Assembly (NCBI RefSeq): GCF_006345805.1
Contig: NC_043010.1
Location: 36,890,001 to 36,954,000, forward strand
DNA from: Octopus sinensis
Taxonomy: Eukaryota
Length of the DNA stretch: 64,000 nucleotides
Reading direction: 5' to 3'
A program made the position numbers and the translations under genes. Below the pieces are notes generated by a model. The model worked only from the letters and a program-made list of their open reading frames with translations. It searched no databases and was not told the origin of the DNA. This document shows, piece after piece, positions 25,855 through 40,656 of this stretch. Each line of letters begins with the position of its first letter. Within the stretch, counting starts at the first letter, position 1.

Positions 25855-26656
25855 ATACATAATGATAATGATGTCGAAGGTACAGAGTCATTTAGATTAA
25901 CAACAGCTGACATAACTTTCAACAGAAAGTATAGTAATAATGGTAATAATGGTCCGATAATATCCGTGATTGTAATGAGCGGCTTCTACTGTATAAATGC
26001 ATCTGACAAAGATATAGAACCTGAAATTTGAAGTGAAACTGAGGAGTGAGTTAGTATTTGCGTTATATACTGCCGTGGTTCGTTTTGCCATTAATTGAGT
26101 GTAGCATCGAAGTTCTTTAAGCGCTGGTAAAACAATTAATAGTATAAATTGTTCCCACCAACTCGACAACAACTCACAGCGCCGCATAACATACATAAAG
26201 AACAATGAGACACGGAGTCAATAGCTTTTAAGATATTCACCTCCACAAACATATTTACAACACCACCTAGATTTTACTTCCCTGAAGCATACAAATTAAC
26301 TTTTGAGAGATATTAATTCCTAATTTCTTGAATAATCTCAAGTTTCAAGCAACTTAACGAAAACACTACTCACAGTGCAACAGAGTGCTCAACAATAATA
26401 GATAGTGTCAATAGTTTTCAAGATATTCACCTCGAAAGAGACTGATTCCAAAAACAACAGACGAGACTTTCGTTCCCCGAAGCCATGCAAATTAACTTCG
26501 AGATTAATCTAATTCTTTGAAATTATCTCCCTTTATTATTAACATCCTCACCAAAAATATATTGTACACAAATTCCATATTATATCGATTTCAAAATTTC
26601 CCACAAAATTTCAAGCCTTGTTCCTAGAAAAGATAAGATTATTATTAATTATTATT

Positions 26657-26858
26657 AAGGCGGCGAGCTGGCAGAACCGTTAGCACGCCGGGCAAAATGC
26701 TTAGCGTATTTCGTTCGACCATACTGTTTTAAGTTCAAATTCCGCCGAGGTTGACTTTGCCTATCATCCTTTCGGTGTCGATAAATTAAATACCAGTTGC
26801 GTACTAGGATCGATCAAATCGACTGCCCCTTCCTCCCAAAATTTCAGGTCCTTAAAGG
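26657..26858 (+). mobile_element. SINE family B, near consensus
   Basis: AAGGCGGCGAGCTGGCAGAACCGTTAGCACGCCGGGC head and AGTTCAAATTCCGCCGAGG; followed by a second partial copy split by a MITE. Confidence 0.9.
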
Positions 26859-26963
26859 ATTATTATCATGTTCAGTACGCCGGAACAAAATGCTTAGTGG
26901 CATTTCGTCCGTCTTTCATCCTTTTGGGGACGATAGAATAAGCACCAGTTGAGAACAAAGATC

Positions 26964-27372
26964 GGATCTTTTCGGTTTGAACGCAGTTTTTTCTAGCGGT
27001 GTCATATGAAATTGTCACCCATAATTATGACCCTAGTATCGATCTATTGCATTTCAATCTATTTTAGGGTTAGGGGTGGGGGGAAGGGTATCTTTTTTTT
27101 TCTTCACAAATGTAAATAACCCCAATCTGTTTCTTAAACGAGGGACATATTCATACGGCACAATGTTGTTTACCTCAATGGACGTCAGTGATTGGTTGAA
27201 ATTTCAGAAACTGAAGAGAAAGACAACAAATAACTTATAACCTATAGAATTTTCTCAATAAAGCCAAGAGAAAAAGATGTTTTATTAACACATTCTCCAA
27301 GTATATGAAGTTTAAAATTTTTTAGTTACCTAGAAATTATGTTAAAAACTGCCGTTCAAACCGAAAAGATCC
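26964..27372. mobile_element. 409-bp MITE with GG termini and 8-bp TSD (Merlin-like)
   Basis: TIR GGATCTTTTCGGTTTGAACG(G)CAGTTTTT / AAAAACTGCCGTTCAAACCGAAAAGATCC; perfect TSD CAAAGATC at 26956-26963 and 27373-27380; inserted in a SINE B copy. Confidence 0.85.
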
Positions 27373-29297
27373 CAAAGATCAATGTAATAAATTTACCCCT
27401 CCCAGAAATTACTGACCTTGTGCCCAATTTTGAAATTCAGTATTATTATTATCCGCACAGCAATTTATTATGTGTCACCCTTTTACTTAGTTCTCCAAAT
27501 CTATGTCATACTACTCCATTTTAGTTATTTCCCTTAGCTCACGATTGGTCATACAAGTATTTGTCAACTGAAAGGAATGATCTCGTGATAATATTGTTAA
27601 GTACATCAAGTGACAGTATTCTTCTTATCCGTCGATAAAATAACAACAAAGAGATATCGTCTCCCGTCTCCAGCACTTAACTGGTAATTTACTTTATCGA
27701 GCTCACAACGTTGAAAGATAAAGTCAGCTCGGGACTAGATTTGTACTTAGAACGTAATGGGTAGGAGAAATCGTTGGTTTTTATAACTTCTAGACCATAA
27801 GGCAAATTTAAAGCTTAGCAATGGTTCTGTCAAATTCAAATCTAAAATTACTGTAATTAATGGAGAAAGGATACATAGTGAACGGCAGACGCTCGGTTGT
27901 GACCATTAGAATAGCGACTGAGCAGTCGCACTACTCAAATTTGACCTAACTGCGTTCCACAGGGAAAGCCTTTTTATAAGACCTGCTCAATTAGGGCTAA
28001 TGAACAAGGGCCAATATTACCACAAGTATTTGCAAAGATGTGGCCTCATCACGGCCTGTTTTCGGAGTCCCTTTGATTTGTACCTTATTCCTGGTAATAA
28101 CTCCTTCCAAAATCCTATCTTAATGAATTTTTGTAGGAATCACGGAGAATAAAAAAAATAAGTTTTTATTTCCGTTGATTTTTTTTTTTTTTTTACTAGA
28201 TAATTATGAGGACATTGCAAATTAGAAGAATAAAAGCCTTCTCAACGAGATTTTTGAGAAAGCAGACGATCGACCCCATCCCGCCACGCTGCTGAAAAAC
28301 GAATGATAAAGTGTCGGCACATCCATTTGATCTCAAATGAACAGAGGAATCGATACTAGATATCGATCGAACGAGAACATTGTTCAACCATACAAATTAC
28401 AAATAGCTGGTACTGAAATTTTTATCTGCTGGGAAATGAAGAAGTTATGGCTTCAAAGAAAATAAGCCGAAAATTCGGTTTGTTTAAGTAGGGAAATTAA
28501 GAATCGGGGAAAGCTGTGAAATGCTCAATATTTCAAGAAATTTTGTCAAAAAGTCGACCTCAACATACTTTTTTTTTCCAGGTCAAAATACCATACTCGC
28601 TACTAAATACATTCCATATAATTCCATGGAAGCAAGTCTAAGAAAATTATTCTACGTGGTTAACAATATGTGTGTGGATGATTGAAAAAAATTTACATAT
28701 ATTGTTTTTACTTTAAAAAAAAGTATCCTAGACCGTATGCTATATAACACTGTAACAGCTGCTGTATAAAAATATACTACATACTTTACGAAAATATGAG
28801 TTTAAAATACAGAAAGGAGAATCAATTGTCGCAACTGAAGGCCGTCACCACCACCGACTTGTAAAGACTAGTGTTCACTTTTGGAGGGAAAAAAGAAGGC
28901 GGAAGGTAAAATGAGGGTGGAGACCAGTTCAAATGTTTGAAACAGAAGGAACTCTAAAATTCGGACCCACTTGTGCTATTTACCCATTTGGTTTGGCCGA
29001 TAGAAAGTGTGCAACCTACTTGATATGCACCTCTTGAATAATTTTAGGTGTGCAACCTACGGGACAAGGGGATTTCCAGAATGCACGACGTGCATCGCCC
29101 AATCTGTTCGGTCACAGCAAGCACGAATGGCCTAAATTGAAAAGATACAGCGTGTGTGTGTGTGTGTTTAAAATGACGCTATTCAGCTACTACCGCCATC
29201 CTGCTAACTATCCAAAGCCAATAAGAAATATATAAACAGATGGCTGCCTAATCAAATATAAAGAAAACTTCTTGGTGAAATCTGGAGCTATATATTC

Positions 29298-29368
<71 letters not shown>

Positions 29369-30943
29369 GATGAGAGAGATCAGTTTGAACAATACCATCG
29401 TCCTACGGACATGGCTTGCGTTAACTACTTTCAAACGAATAAATAAAATTATAATTTTTGGAACTATCAACCTAACATATAGAAAGATGTAAATATTGAA
29501 ACATTATGTTTCATTTCTAAAAACAAAAATAAAATGAGCTGTTATAATCCTTATCTCATAAGCTGTGTTAGTTTAAATATGCGGAGTTGACAGTAGGTGA
29601 TCTTGTTTAAGAGAAATAAAGACGCAAAAAAAGAAGAAAAAGTATATGCTTCTTTTTCTTCCTGACTGACCTAATTCACTTTAGAAATGTTGTTTCAAAC
29701 AGACGATACATAAAAATACGTGACTACCAAAATTAACATCAACGATAGGTGCTGATAGAAGAGAAAACTCAACTGAGGCACCGGCTGTGGCAGTGGGAGC
29801 ACTAACGCTAAGCACGACTGCACTATAGTTTCGAACACGCAACGCAAAGGCTAAGCAAATAGTAAAAACTATTGCTCAATTTGACAGGAGGCCAAAAGAA
29901 GAGCTGGTACGGGCATTTGAATGAAAGGTCACCAGTTCACGTAAATGTCTAGAAGTTAAAATCAATGCTGGACAAATTCGAGCTCGGGGTAGTAAAACTA
30001 GTTCAGTCCAACCTCTTAGAGTTCCTGAAAAATTGATGCTACATACAGAGTATAGAAGAATGGCAGGCAATGCGTACTCCGAAGTGGACTTAACCAAACC
30101 CTTGCCTTCGACTGGTGTTTACTTTAGAGACCCTAGAAAGAGAGGAGAATACTGCAAGCGCTCTACCAATTGTCATCTATCTACTTCGTATCACAAATTT
30201 AGGGTGAGGAATTGAAATTGATTAAATCATAGTACTTGGCTGGTAACTCATTTTATCTATCTGGGATAAGGGACAAAATAAGAGACTTAAGTGGACCCAC
30301 CCCCACATTCCGACGTAAAGCTCAATATATGCTCCTCCATATCAAAATCCTTTCCGACCAACAAAAAACCTCCAAGGAAATGACACTCGAGATAATACAG
30401 TCCTTGACATTCCCCCAACCCCCACAAAAATAAAAACCGGATACTCAAAACTGAAATGCCTTTGATCGTAGTCCTATACTATCAGACTTGATCCGGGTCT
30501 ATACAACCACCACCACGAACCACTTGTGTGATACAATGGTCGACGCTCATGTAGTCTTTTATTTCTCAACAATTTGAGAAGGAAAACATTAAATGCATTT
30601 CTGCTTTGCTTAAACCAACTTATTTTTGTTCCAGTTTTATATCTGCGTCGTCTGGTGCCACATTGTGAAATGCAAAATTTTTCATGTGGGAAACAGTAAA
30701 CGACATGGCAAATGAGAGGAGATCGAAGAAAAACATGAACTATTTCTTGCGCTTACATTTTAACACACACCAATTGTTTACAAGTATTTTTTCTCAGTAC
30801 ACTATCATTTGAGCGTGCTTTATATATATATAAACTTACACATAGGTCATACATACACGAGCTGCATAATAAACTTACTACATAGGACACACGCAAGTGT
30901 ATTTTCAAATTCAAAGTAATAATAGTGTGTGTATGAATATGTA

Positions 30944-30993
<50 letters not shown>

Positions 30994-31390
30994 AACAGGC
31001 ACACACATACACGCATCAATATATAAACACGTGTTTGTATTAAGATACCAAGAAAACAGTTTAGCTGGCAAGTTCTTTCAAGTCGTATCAAAACCATTTA
31101 ACCAACAAGAGAGAAAATAAAATTAAAGAAAGAAATAAAAACAACCACAAAAACTCAGCATTATTATTATTACTACACACTAATGCACACACGTGTATCT
31201 TTCCCAGTATTAATAAATTTACATACGACCTGTATCTCCGGTCTAAAACACCGCCCTTTTTTCAAGCGCGGACAACGCAACACAAGGAAAGAAAAGAGAA
31301 GAGACAGAGTCACGGTTAGAAATGCCCTACTTTAAATAGATTAACGCGCGCACACACACACACAGAGAAGGGCGCGGGCACCTACCTTAC

Positions 31391-31500
31391 CTATTACCCC
31401 CTCAGACTGACTGCATGTCTGTATTTCCTCCTCCTCTCCAAGCACTTACACGAACACAGAGGTATATTACTGTGTTACATGTGTGTGTGTGTGTGAAACA
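31391..31500 (-). other. Candidate non-coding alternative first exon
   Basis: Clustered minus-strand donors (TAG|GTAAGG at 31391, AAG|GTAGGT just downstream) next to CpG-rich GGCGCGGGC and AACGCGCG. Confidence 0.25.
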
Positions 31501-32619
31501 GTGAAAAAGAAGGTAGTCAGTCAATAATCGACAACATAGCAACAATAAACTTGCAATTTATGCACGCACGCACACACACACATACATACATATGTATGTA
31601 TGTATTTTTGCAAAAATAGATTTCAAGGAAAACGAAGGATGATGACCGACGATAACCGAGAAAGCGTTAAACGATTAAAAATTACTTGCAGGATATCGCA
31701 CAGAATAGATATATCACACACACACATACATACACGTATGGAGTTCTCAAATGAGTTTGAAGCACTCAATACACGTAATAGAGTGTATTCATTCGCAGTT
31801 GGCAATAACTTGGAATGATTCGATACTCGCTTTAAAAAAAAAAATTTGTTTGGTTTTTTTCCCCCCGTTCGCTCAGAAATATATACACGCACACACAAAC
31901 AATACGTAGATATAAACCAAAACATTACACATACACACAAAATACATAAACACAACTATGACAAAATTCTTAATTAGGTACATGCTACATATTAATACAC
32001 GTACACATTCCACATAGCTACACACTAGTTTCACACACACACAAGCATTACATGTGTACTTATTGTACCACAGCAAACACAATACTCAATAAATACACCC
32101 GGCTTTCTGCATGTATGCATTGTTCGTGTCTGTTTTAAACCTGATTTCAAACCCGTAACGAAACGTTTCGTGCAAGTAGTCCTGTTTGGCGAGCTGACTG
32201 TATCCACACACAAACAACCATAATTCGAAATGATTACGGTTTTAAGTAACACTGACATTGAACAGAGAATTATGGACTTAAAAAGAAGAAAGAATCAGCT
32301 ATTAATACACACTTATCATACGTGTGCAGATACATATTCACACACGCACCAACACACATAGGTAATACATATATGTGTGTATGTATGTGGATAGATAGAT
32401 AGATGGGTGGGTGGGTAGATAGATAGATAGGTAGGCAGTGATAATAGAATATATATATATGGATACATTTACAATACTCAGTGTATTTAAATGTTTGGTT
32501 GGTTGGCACTTACAAATATCAAATACAATAGATTTTAATTTTTTTACTAACGTTTATTTCATATATACATAAAATTTGTCTCCACTATGTACACAGCAAC
32601 ACATACATACACACACACA

Positions 32620-32770
32620 CATGTATATCCATACATAGAACACACATGCATACATAAAACACACATACATATGCATACATAAAACACACACACATATGCA
32701 TACATAAAACACACACACATATGCATACATAAAACACACACACATATGCATACATAAAACACACACGCAC
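32620..32770. repeat. Tandem repeat of about 24-25 bp, (CACACACATATGCATACATAAAA) x5
   Basis: ATGCATACATAAAACACAC recurs five times. Confidence 0.9.
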
Positions 32771-33060
32771 ATATATATATCTATAATACAAGAAAAAATT
32801 TCTAAAACTCAGTAACCTCGACCAACTTAAAGCAAAACATAATATATATGTTATAGCAAATAAGAGTGGGAAAATGCGGTAGTTAGGGGAAAACAAAACA
32901 TCAACAACAAAAAAATGAATTCCACGTTTGAAAAATCTGCAAAAATTTAAGAAGTGGAAGTGAAGAAGAAATGGCGACAAGCGATGGCAGCAGTGGCGGT
33001 GGGTGAGAGGATAGATAGGTTTTAATAGAATAGACGGCGAATAATGGGCTCCATTTTTAC

Positions 33061-33153
33061 CATTTGAGCTGCTTTATGAACGAAATGGAGGAAGACCAAA
33101 AAGTAAAGCGAACTGTGATAGGAATAAAGGCGACAAAAACTGACTGACTGACT
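33061..33153 (-). other. Candidate short alternative first exon ending in ATG
   Basis: Minus strand TCAGTCAGTCAGTT (Inr-like repeats, 33138-33153), then ...CAGCTCAAATG|GTAAAA at 33061. Confidence 0.25.
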
Positions 33154-33322
33154 ATGGAGAAGGAACAAGGAAGGCAAAAAGGAAGGGTTTTTTTACAAAC
33201 AGAGAATAGAAAATTGGGGTGTGTGAAAAGACTTGAAGCTTGCAACCCCTGTTGCCCTTTTTCTATTTACAGAAACATCAACGTAAACACTCATTTTTAT
33301 ATGAGATAAGGATAGATGCATG

Positions 33323-33355
<33 letters not shown>

Positions 33356-34371
33356 GTATAACAGAGAGGAAAAGATGTGTAGATATAGAAAACAAATTCT
33401 CTCATACTAGTGTATTTAACATAAACACAAAGCTATGAGTATAATATATATATACACACATACATACATAAAAGGATAGATAAATAGAGATACATACACA
33501 CGCATACCCAGTATATAGATGAGACAGATGCATATATATGCACACATGATATATGATAGAAAGGGATGAAAAGTGCGTGTGTGTATAAACAGGGTTCTCG
33601 CAATCTGGGCTTTATAACGAAATATGATAAACACACTAAGTTTTCTTATACATACATCTTGCACACACACACACAAAATGGGGTTTTCTGGTTGTATGTA
33701 CATGTGTTACTGTATATTATGCACGCATTTACAATTCTTCCGTTTGGAGTGCGTGTATATAAAACACGAGCGTTTATATATATAAGTGTGTGTGTGTACT
33801 AAGGTATGACTATGATATTTGGTTTAAAGCAGATGGTGGTGGTGGTGGCAGAGACGAGTTTGGGAAGAAAGAAAGCAACTCCAACGCTCTCCAACATAAC
33901 AAATCGATTTTAAACCAAATAAAAATAAAAAAACTGAACTACAAATACTCACTAGCAAACACGAATCCCAATTCCAAAAGTACGGTAAGCGAACAGAAAC
34001 AACGACCGACTGAACAAACCAGGGGGCATTCATACTCCTTCCATAAAACCATCACAATCATCATCGTGTGTAAATTAAATCATTATTATTATTAATTATT
34101 ATTTTGAGCGAATATCTGAGTCTCCCGCCCAGATGCCGGGTCCCCCCAACGAAAAAAACAAGCACCTTTCAACCTACTTATTTATTACCTACCAGTAAAA
34201 TCCCACACAAACAAGACCACAACAAAAAAACACACATTAATCGTCTTTAAGAACAGAATAAACCAAATAATAATACAAATCTATGCATTGTACGTTGCAG
34301 ATAGTAAACATGGACATACGGAAAAGACGAGACAGTCACGACTGGATACACTTTTGATTGTGTGTGTGTGC

Positions 34372-34406
<35 letters not shown>

Positions 34407-34639
34407 TCAAGGGGCCCGCAGGTTGAGTGCTGACCTGGGGCGAAAAAACACGCAAACACCCACTATATATATGTGTGTGTGTGTGTGTACGTACATACAT
34501 ACATATAGTTTTATATATTTATCATATATATATAGATGTGCATTGTTTTACTGCCTGGAATCACACAAGCTATTACAAGCTTGTCCGACCATTGTTTTCT
34601 CAGAGACATTAAACTAATGGTAGCTCGCTTTTAAATCGT

Positions 34640-35765
<1,126 letters not shown>

Positions 35766-36137
35766 GCAGTATTGGTAAGCCACCAGAAGGAAGTAAAAAC
35801 GAGCGTTTCAACTACATATGAAGGAGAAAAAAGGCGAGTTATATTATCACAAGATAACATTTTTAAATGTGTGAGAAGAATGCGGAGGTTAAGAGAGTTG
35901 GTTGGTGGCTGCGAAGGCGATCATAGGGGAAGGAGAAGAAATAAGAAAGAAGAAAGAGATTGTTGTTGTTGTTATCGTCACGATGATGATAATCATCATC
36001 ATCATCACCAACTTTTAGTCATCGTTATTATTTATCATCGTCGAGTTGACGACTGTCGAAACAAAAACAAAACAAAGAGAAGAAAATAAAGAACAAGGAA
36101 ATATAAAGATGGATTATATATTGCTTCTTTGACTTAC

Positions 36138-36300
36138 TGAATACAATAGAATGCATGTCGCCGGGGGAATTAATAGTCCGCGATGAAGAAGAAGAAAGAA
36201 AGAAGAGAGAGAGAGAGAGAGAGACGGAGAGAAACGAGGGAGGAGGAGGAAAAAGACGTCGGAAGGAAGAAGAGAGGGGGGGAGAATACAGGAACTACGT
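36138..36300 (-). other. Candidate alternative first exon (pyrimidine-rich leader, then ATG CAT TCT ATT GTA TTC A|)
   Basis: Minus strand GGCGAC-ATG at 36156, donor TCA|GTAAGT at 36138, CpG-rich surroundings. Confidence 0.3.
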
Positions 36301-39300
36301 CTCTCACACTCCTTTGTTTACCTCTCTCTCTCTCTACCTCTCACGCACAAGCTAGCCTCTCTTCACTCACACACACACACACACACACGTACATTTACAT
36401 ACATAGCACTCCTCACTATCACTCGTAGTCTTTTACCTCCCTTCCTTTCTATCTCTCTCTTTCCATTGCCACCTCTATCCTTGAACGTCTCCCTCTCTCT
36501 CTTATAGAGCAGACCCCCTCATCCCATCTCTCACTACATATTAATCCAGTGCTCTTTCACACACAGACACACACACAATTCCTACCATTTCCCTTATTCC
36601 TGCTTCATCCCAACTTTCTCCACTACATCTAACAATACTTCTCCTTCTCTCTCTATCTCTTTCTGTTTTTCTCTTTCTTTCCTCACACCGTGCCCCACCA
36701 TCATCTATCGCTTTATATCATCAGTCAGCGAGATCTGGTTGGCATAAAGGGAATTTTTAAAAACTGAACGAACAAAACATCAGCTACACTAGTGTGTGTG
36801 TATATATATATATAAAAATATATATATATATATATATAATATATATAATATGGTGGTGGTGATGGTGGCGGCGGTTGTGGTAGTGGTAGCAGCAATGGTG
36901 GATCGATTGACCGAGAAGACAAGCTACGCGGCAACAAAGAATTCATTAACAGCCAAAAACCAGCTCAAATCAGAAAGGAGGTAAAAAGAAGGATAAGAGA
37001 ATAAAAAGAGATAGCAAAACAAAAAAATTTCTAAATAAATATGGCCAACGAATCTCTACGCGTTCTCTTAATCTGCTAATGATAGCAGCCAGATCTTCCT
37101 CAAATTATTTTCCCCAGTCTTACAAAAAAGGAGTGGAGATGGGGGAGGGACATACTAATGTAATCATAGATAAATTAAATCCAAGTAAAGGATACTAGAA
37201 ATAGTAGCTAAATCTTCCTTAATTATATTCCCTGGTCTTAAAAATAAAGTGGTGAGAAGGAACACTAATGATGTAATCCCAGATAAATTAATTCTATGTA
37301 AGGAACCAAATGGCCACAGCTGAACTACCTCTTAAGTTCAAAGGTAAAATCTGCTCGGTCAGACCTGACCAAGTTCAGTGACGAATATAGAATAAAGTAG
37401 TTATAAAAACTGTGTCCAAACATTATCATTTGACCTTTCACCATCAGGTATCCATCAACGAGTTATTAGAGACCATACAGCCTTTATAAAGTGCAAAAGA
37501 ATAGAGAAGCTTACAGAGGCTTTTTATGCTTTATTATTATTTTCTTTCTTCCCACAAAGCCAGTAATACAAGTATAGTTATCTAAATCGGAGCCGAAGAC
37601 CGTTTACTAAGAGGAAAATTTATTCATTTACGAGGTATTGTAAATAATACGAAATGATTTCTGATACATTACAATACATTGCACAAAGTCACAAATTTGG
37701 GGCGAGGGCAGTCGATTATATATCGACATTAGTGCATGATTGCAGCTAACTTTATCGATCTCTCTGCTGAGACGCATCAAAAAATAGTAAAATAAAATAA
37801 AAAATGTCGACTCGAGGGAATGTAAAATTGGAAAATGGAGAATACATATAAAGCAAATTCTAAAAGTAGGGTTTATTATCAAGGCCACCGCCATAGTGTT
37901 ATTAATAAGACCTGATATTTGTAATACAGGGTTCATAATCTACAAGTATTCCATTCGCACCCTGGATATGTTATGATAAAACAGGATTAACTCTTTTGGT
38001 ACGTCCTTACATTGATTAATTTGCCTGCAATATGACTTGTTACTTACGATATCGACTTGGGAGGAAGAAAAGACAAGTCCGAATCCGGTGCCACTAAATG
38101 CGGTTAAAGAGTTTCGGTCCGGCAATTTAACGGTTTAATAAATCTGGATCAAGACTGATGGTTCCAAGTGAATAAGGAAAGACTTCCGGAGTGTCCAGCA
38201 AGATGTACCAACAACATACAGAACCTAACTTGGTTGCACAGCTGACACAGACACACAAGAGATACTGATGTCACCAATGTGACAGGACCAGAGAGAATTG
38301 TTGATCAAATATATGTCTGAGCAGAGGCGTTCATGCATGGTGTATCTAGGATGGACTACATTCTCCAAATTGTCCTTTCATTTTGCCCTTTTTAAAATAC
38401 AATATGTGATTTGGTTGTTATTTTCAGCAGATTGTCACCACGTACAGAGACTGGTTCGTTTAGAACGAAACGTTACGGTAAAAATATTTGAGGGAGATTT
38501 GGCTACTATTTGCAGCAAAGGCGAGCCGCCTCGCAGACTCGAACGGAGTACAGTTGTTGTTGCCAGTCTTGGTGCATTCGGAATCAAAGAGATCCAAGAT
38601 GAAGTGCAGAACGGTCAAACAATGCCAACCAAGAACAAGATGAGAAATCTTGTAAAAGAGAGAGACGAATACAATAATAATCGATTGTATCGGCTCAAAT
38701 ATATTACTGCTATTGACCGACCAGGCCAGAAACGCTAGTGGACAATTTATACGCACGCACGCGCACACATACATAAACTATCGATTTATTCAGCACTATT
38801 AATCAGTAAATAGCTCATCTTTCTCTCTCTCTCTCTCTAAGATTCAACTGTTTCACTTGTATTCTATATAGGTCGAGCCAACTTGGAAATTAATACTCTC
38901 GCTGGTTGTTCAACTTACAAGAAATAGCAACCCAAAACTCTCCTTCAAAGAACACTTCCGTCTTGAAAAATGGACGGACACATATACGCACAAATATATA
39001 GTACGTATAAGCCATATTTATGACGGGGGACCCCTTCCCTTTGATTACAGATGTATCTGATCGGAGATTAAACAACATAAACGAAATACTATCATGTAAA
39101 GAAAGAAAGGCCTTTGAATCGGCGTTCAATCATTTCTGAAAGTCATGGTCCTCTCTCAACTAGTAATTTAACCCACGAGAGAACGGATGAAGAGGACATC
39201 AAAAGGCAAGAAATAGGTGATAATTCCACAAAATCGACTTCAGAAAAAAGTAAAAAACGTATCAATAATAATAGTTTTTAATTTAGACACAAGATCAGTA

Positions 39301-40237
39301 ATTTTGAAGATGGGAGGAGGGAATCAGTCGATAAAATAAAGTACTGACGTCTATAGTATCCATCCCAGTTCATTTTATCGACTCCGAAAGCATGAAAGGC
39401 GAAATTAACTCAAGCGGGAGTTGTTCATCACACATTTTAGGGGTCGGAGAGAGAACAACCAATTCGACAGAAGCCACCAGTAATTGACTGGTGCTCATTT
39501 ATATATATTTTTTTACCAACCCGTAAAGAAATATAGAAAAAAAAAGCTGGTCGGATTTGAATTGTAAAAAAACAAAAAAAAGTAGAAAAAGGTACTTGAA
39601 TACTGAGAAACATTTCTATTTTAATCAGCGCCTCTGTTGCCTGTTCTGACACAGTCTCTTTTCAAATACCAAACCGAAACGATGATATAAACAAGTCAAA
39701 CAAAGCAGGCAAGCATGGCGAACGATTTTCTCGCTCGTTTCTAACCTCGCAACTGCTCCTCCCACGTTTTATCTCTTCATAACTAAATCCAAGCTCTCAT
39801 TACCACTGTTTAGTAGTTAATAAGATGAGGGGGACGGGAGAAGTGGCTGGCAGACAGAATCAGTACACCACTGAACAACAAAATGTTTCTGCGGTTCAGT
39901 TTAATAACGTCTCTTCGCAACTCCGAGTTCAAATCTCATCAGAGTTTTACTTTGCTTTCTTTGATTCTGGCATCAAGGATTGATTTGATCAAAGCAGCAG
40001 CATCTGTGTATGTACTGCGCTTAATTCAATCGATTAGAAAACTATTAACACCACCATATTCCTTGGTTTAACCCCTGATCGAACTTATAAATCAATCGTA
40101 GGCGCTCCAGTTATGATCATTCCATCTTTTTGAGACAGTATTTACTACAAAATCCATGTGTCCTATTTGATCGACTTTCAAGGAAAGAATAAAGTCACAA
40201 AATCTATATTTCTAACACACACACACACACATACATA

Positions 40238-40313
<76 letters not shown>

Positions 40314-40621
40314 TCCAATTTCTTAGTCTTCTTTCAAAAGTTGATAGGAAAGAAAATCGAAACGACGATTGCAATTCAAACTATCTGTTGTATTCAATAC
40401 GGAAGATTGGATACAACAGATATAATTTGTAACCAATACAAAGTAAACAAGCACTTATCGGCTCACCAACACCATCAACGCCATTAAAATTATCCTTTTC
40501 TCTTCTTGTCTTTCAATGAAATGAAATTCGTAGCATCATGCAAATAACTACAAAAGAATTATCTTTTTCAATATGAAATGGAATAAAAATTAGAAATTTA
40601 ATATTTTGGAAATATAGCTTA

Positions 40622-40656
40622 GGATCTTTTCCTTGCCGTTCAAAAGGAAAAGATCC
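40622..40656. mobile_element. 35-bp micro-element of the same GGATCT-TIR group
   Basis: GGATCTTTTCCTT-GCCGTTCAA-AAGGAAAAGATCC with perfect TSD ATAGCTTA at 40614-40621 and 40657-40664. Confidence 0.8.

Noticed and set aside
29925-30215. 96-codon stop-free stretch with an overlapping antisense ORF
   Set aside because: Partly decayed SINE-like sequence, no recognisable protein motif, no good splice sites.
32971-33002. Plus-strand ATGGCG...GG|GTGAGA resembling a first coding exon (MATSDGSSGG)
   Set aside because: Simple GGC/GGT-type sequence with no downstream plus-strand exons found; same for the similar tract at 36850-36980.
38298-38738. 146-aa ORF
   Set aside because: Runs through a reversed family G repeat fragment; no recognisable domain or splice context. 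The TVVVASLGAF stretch only faintly recalls REL-type retrotransposon C-termini.
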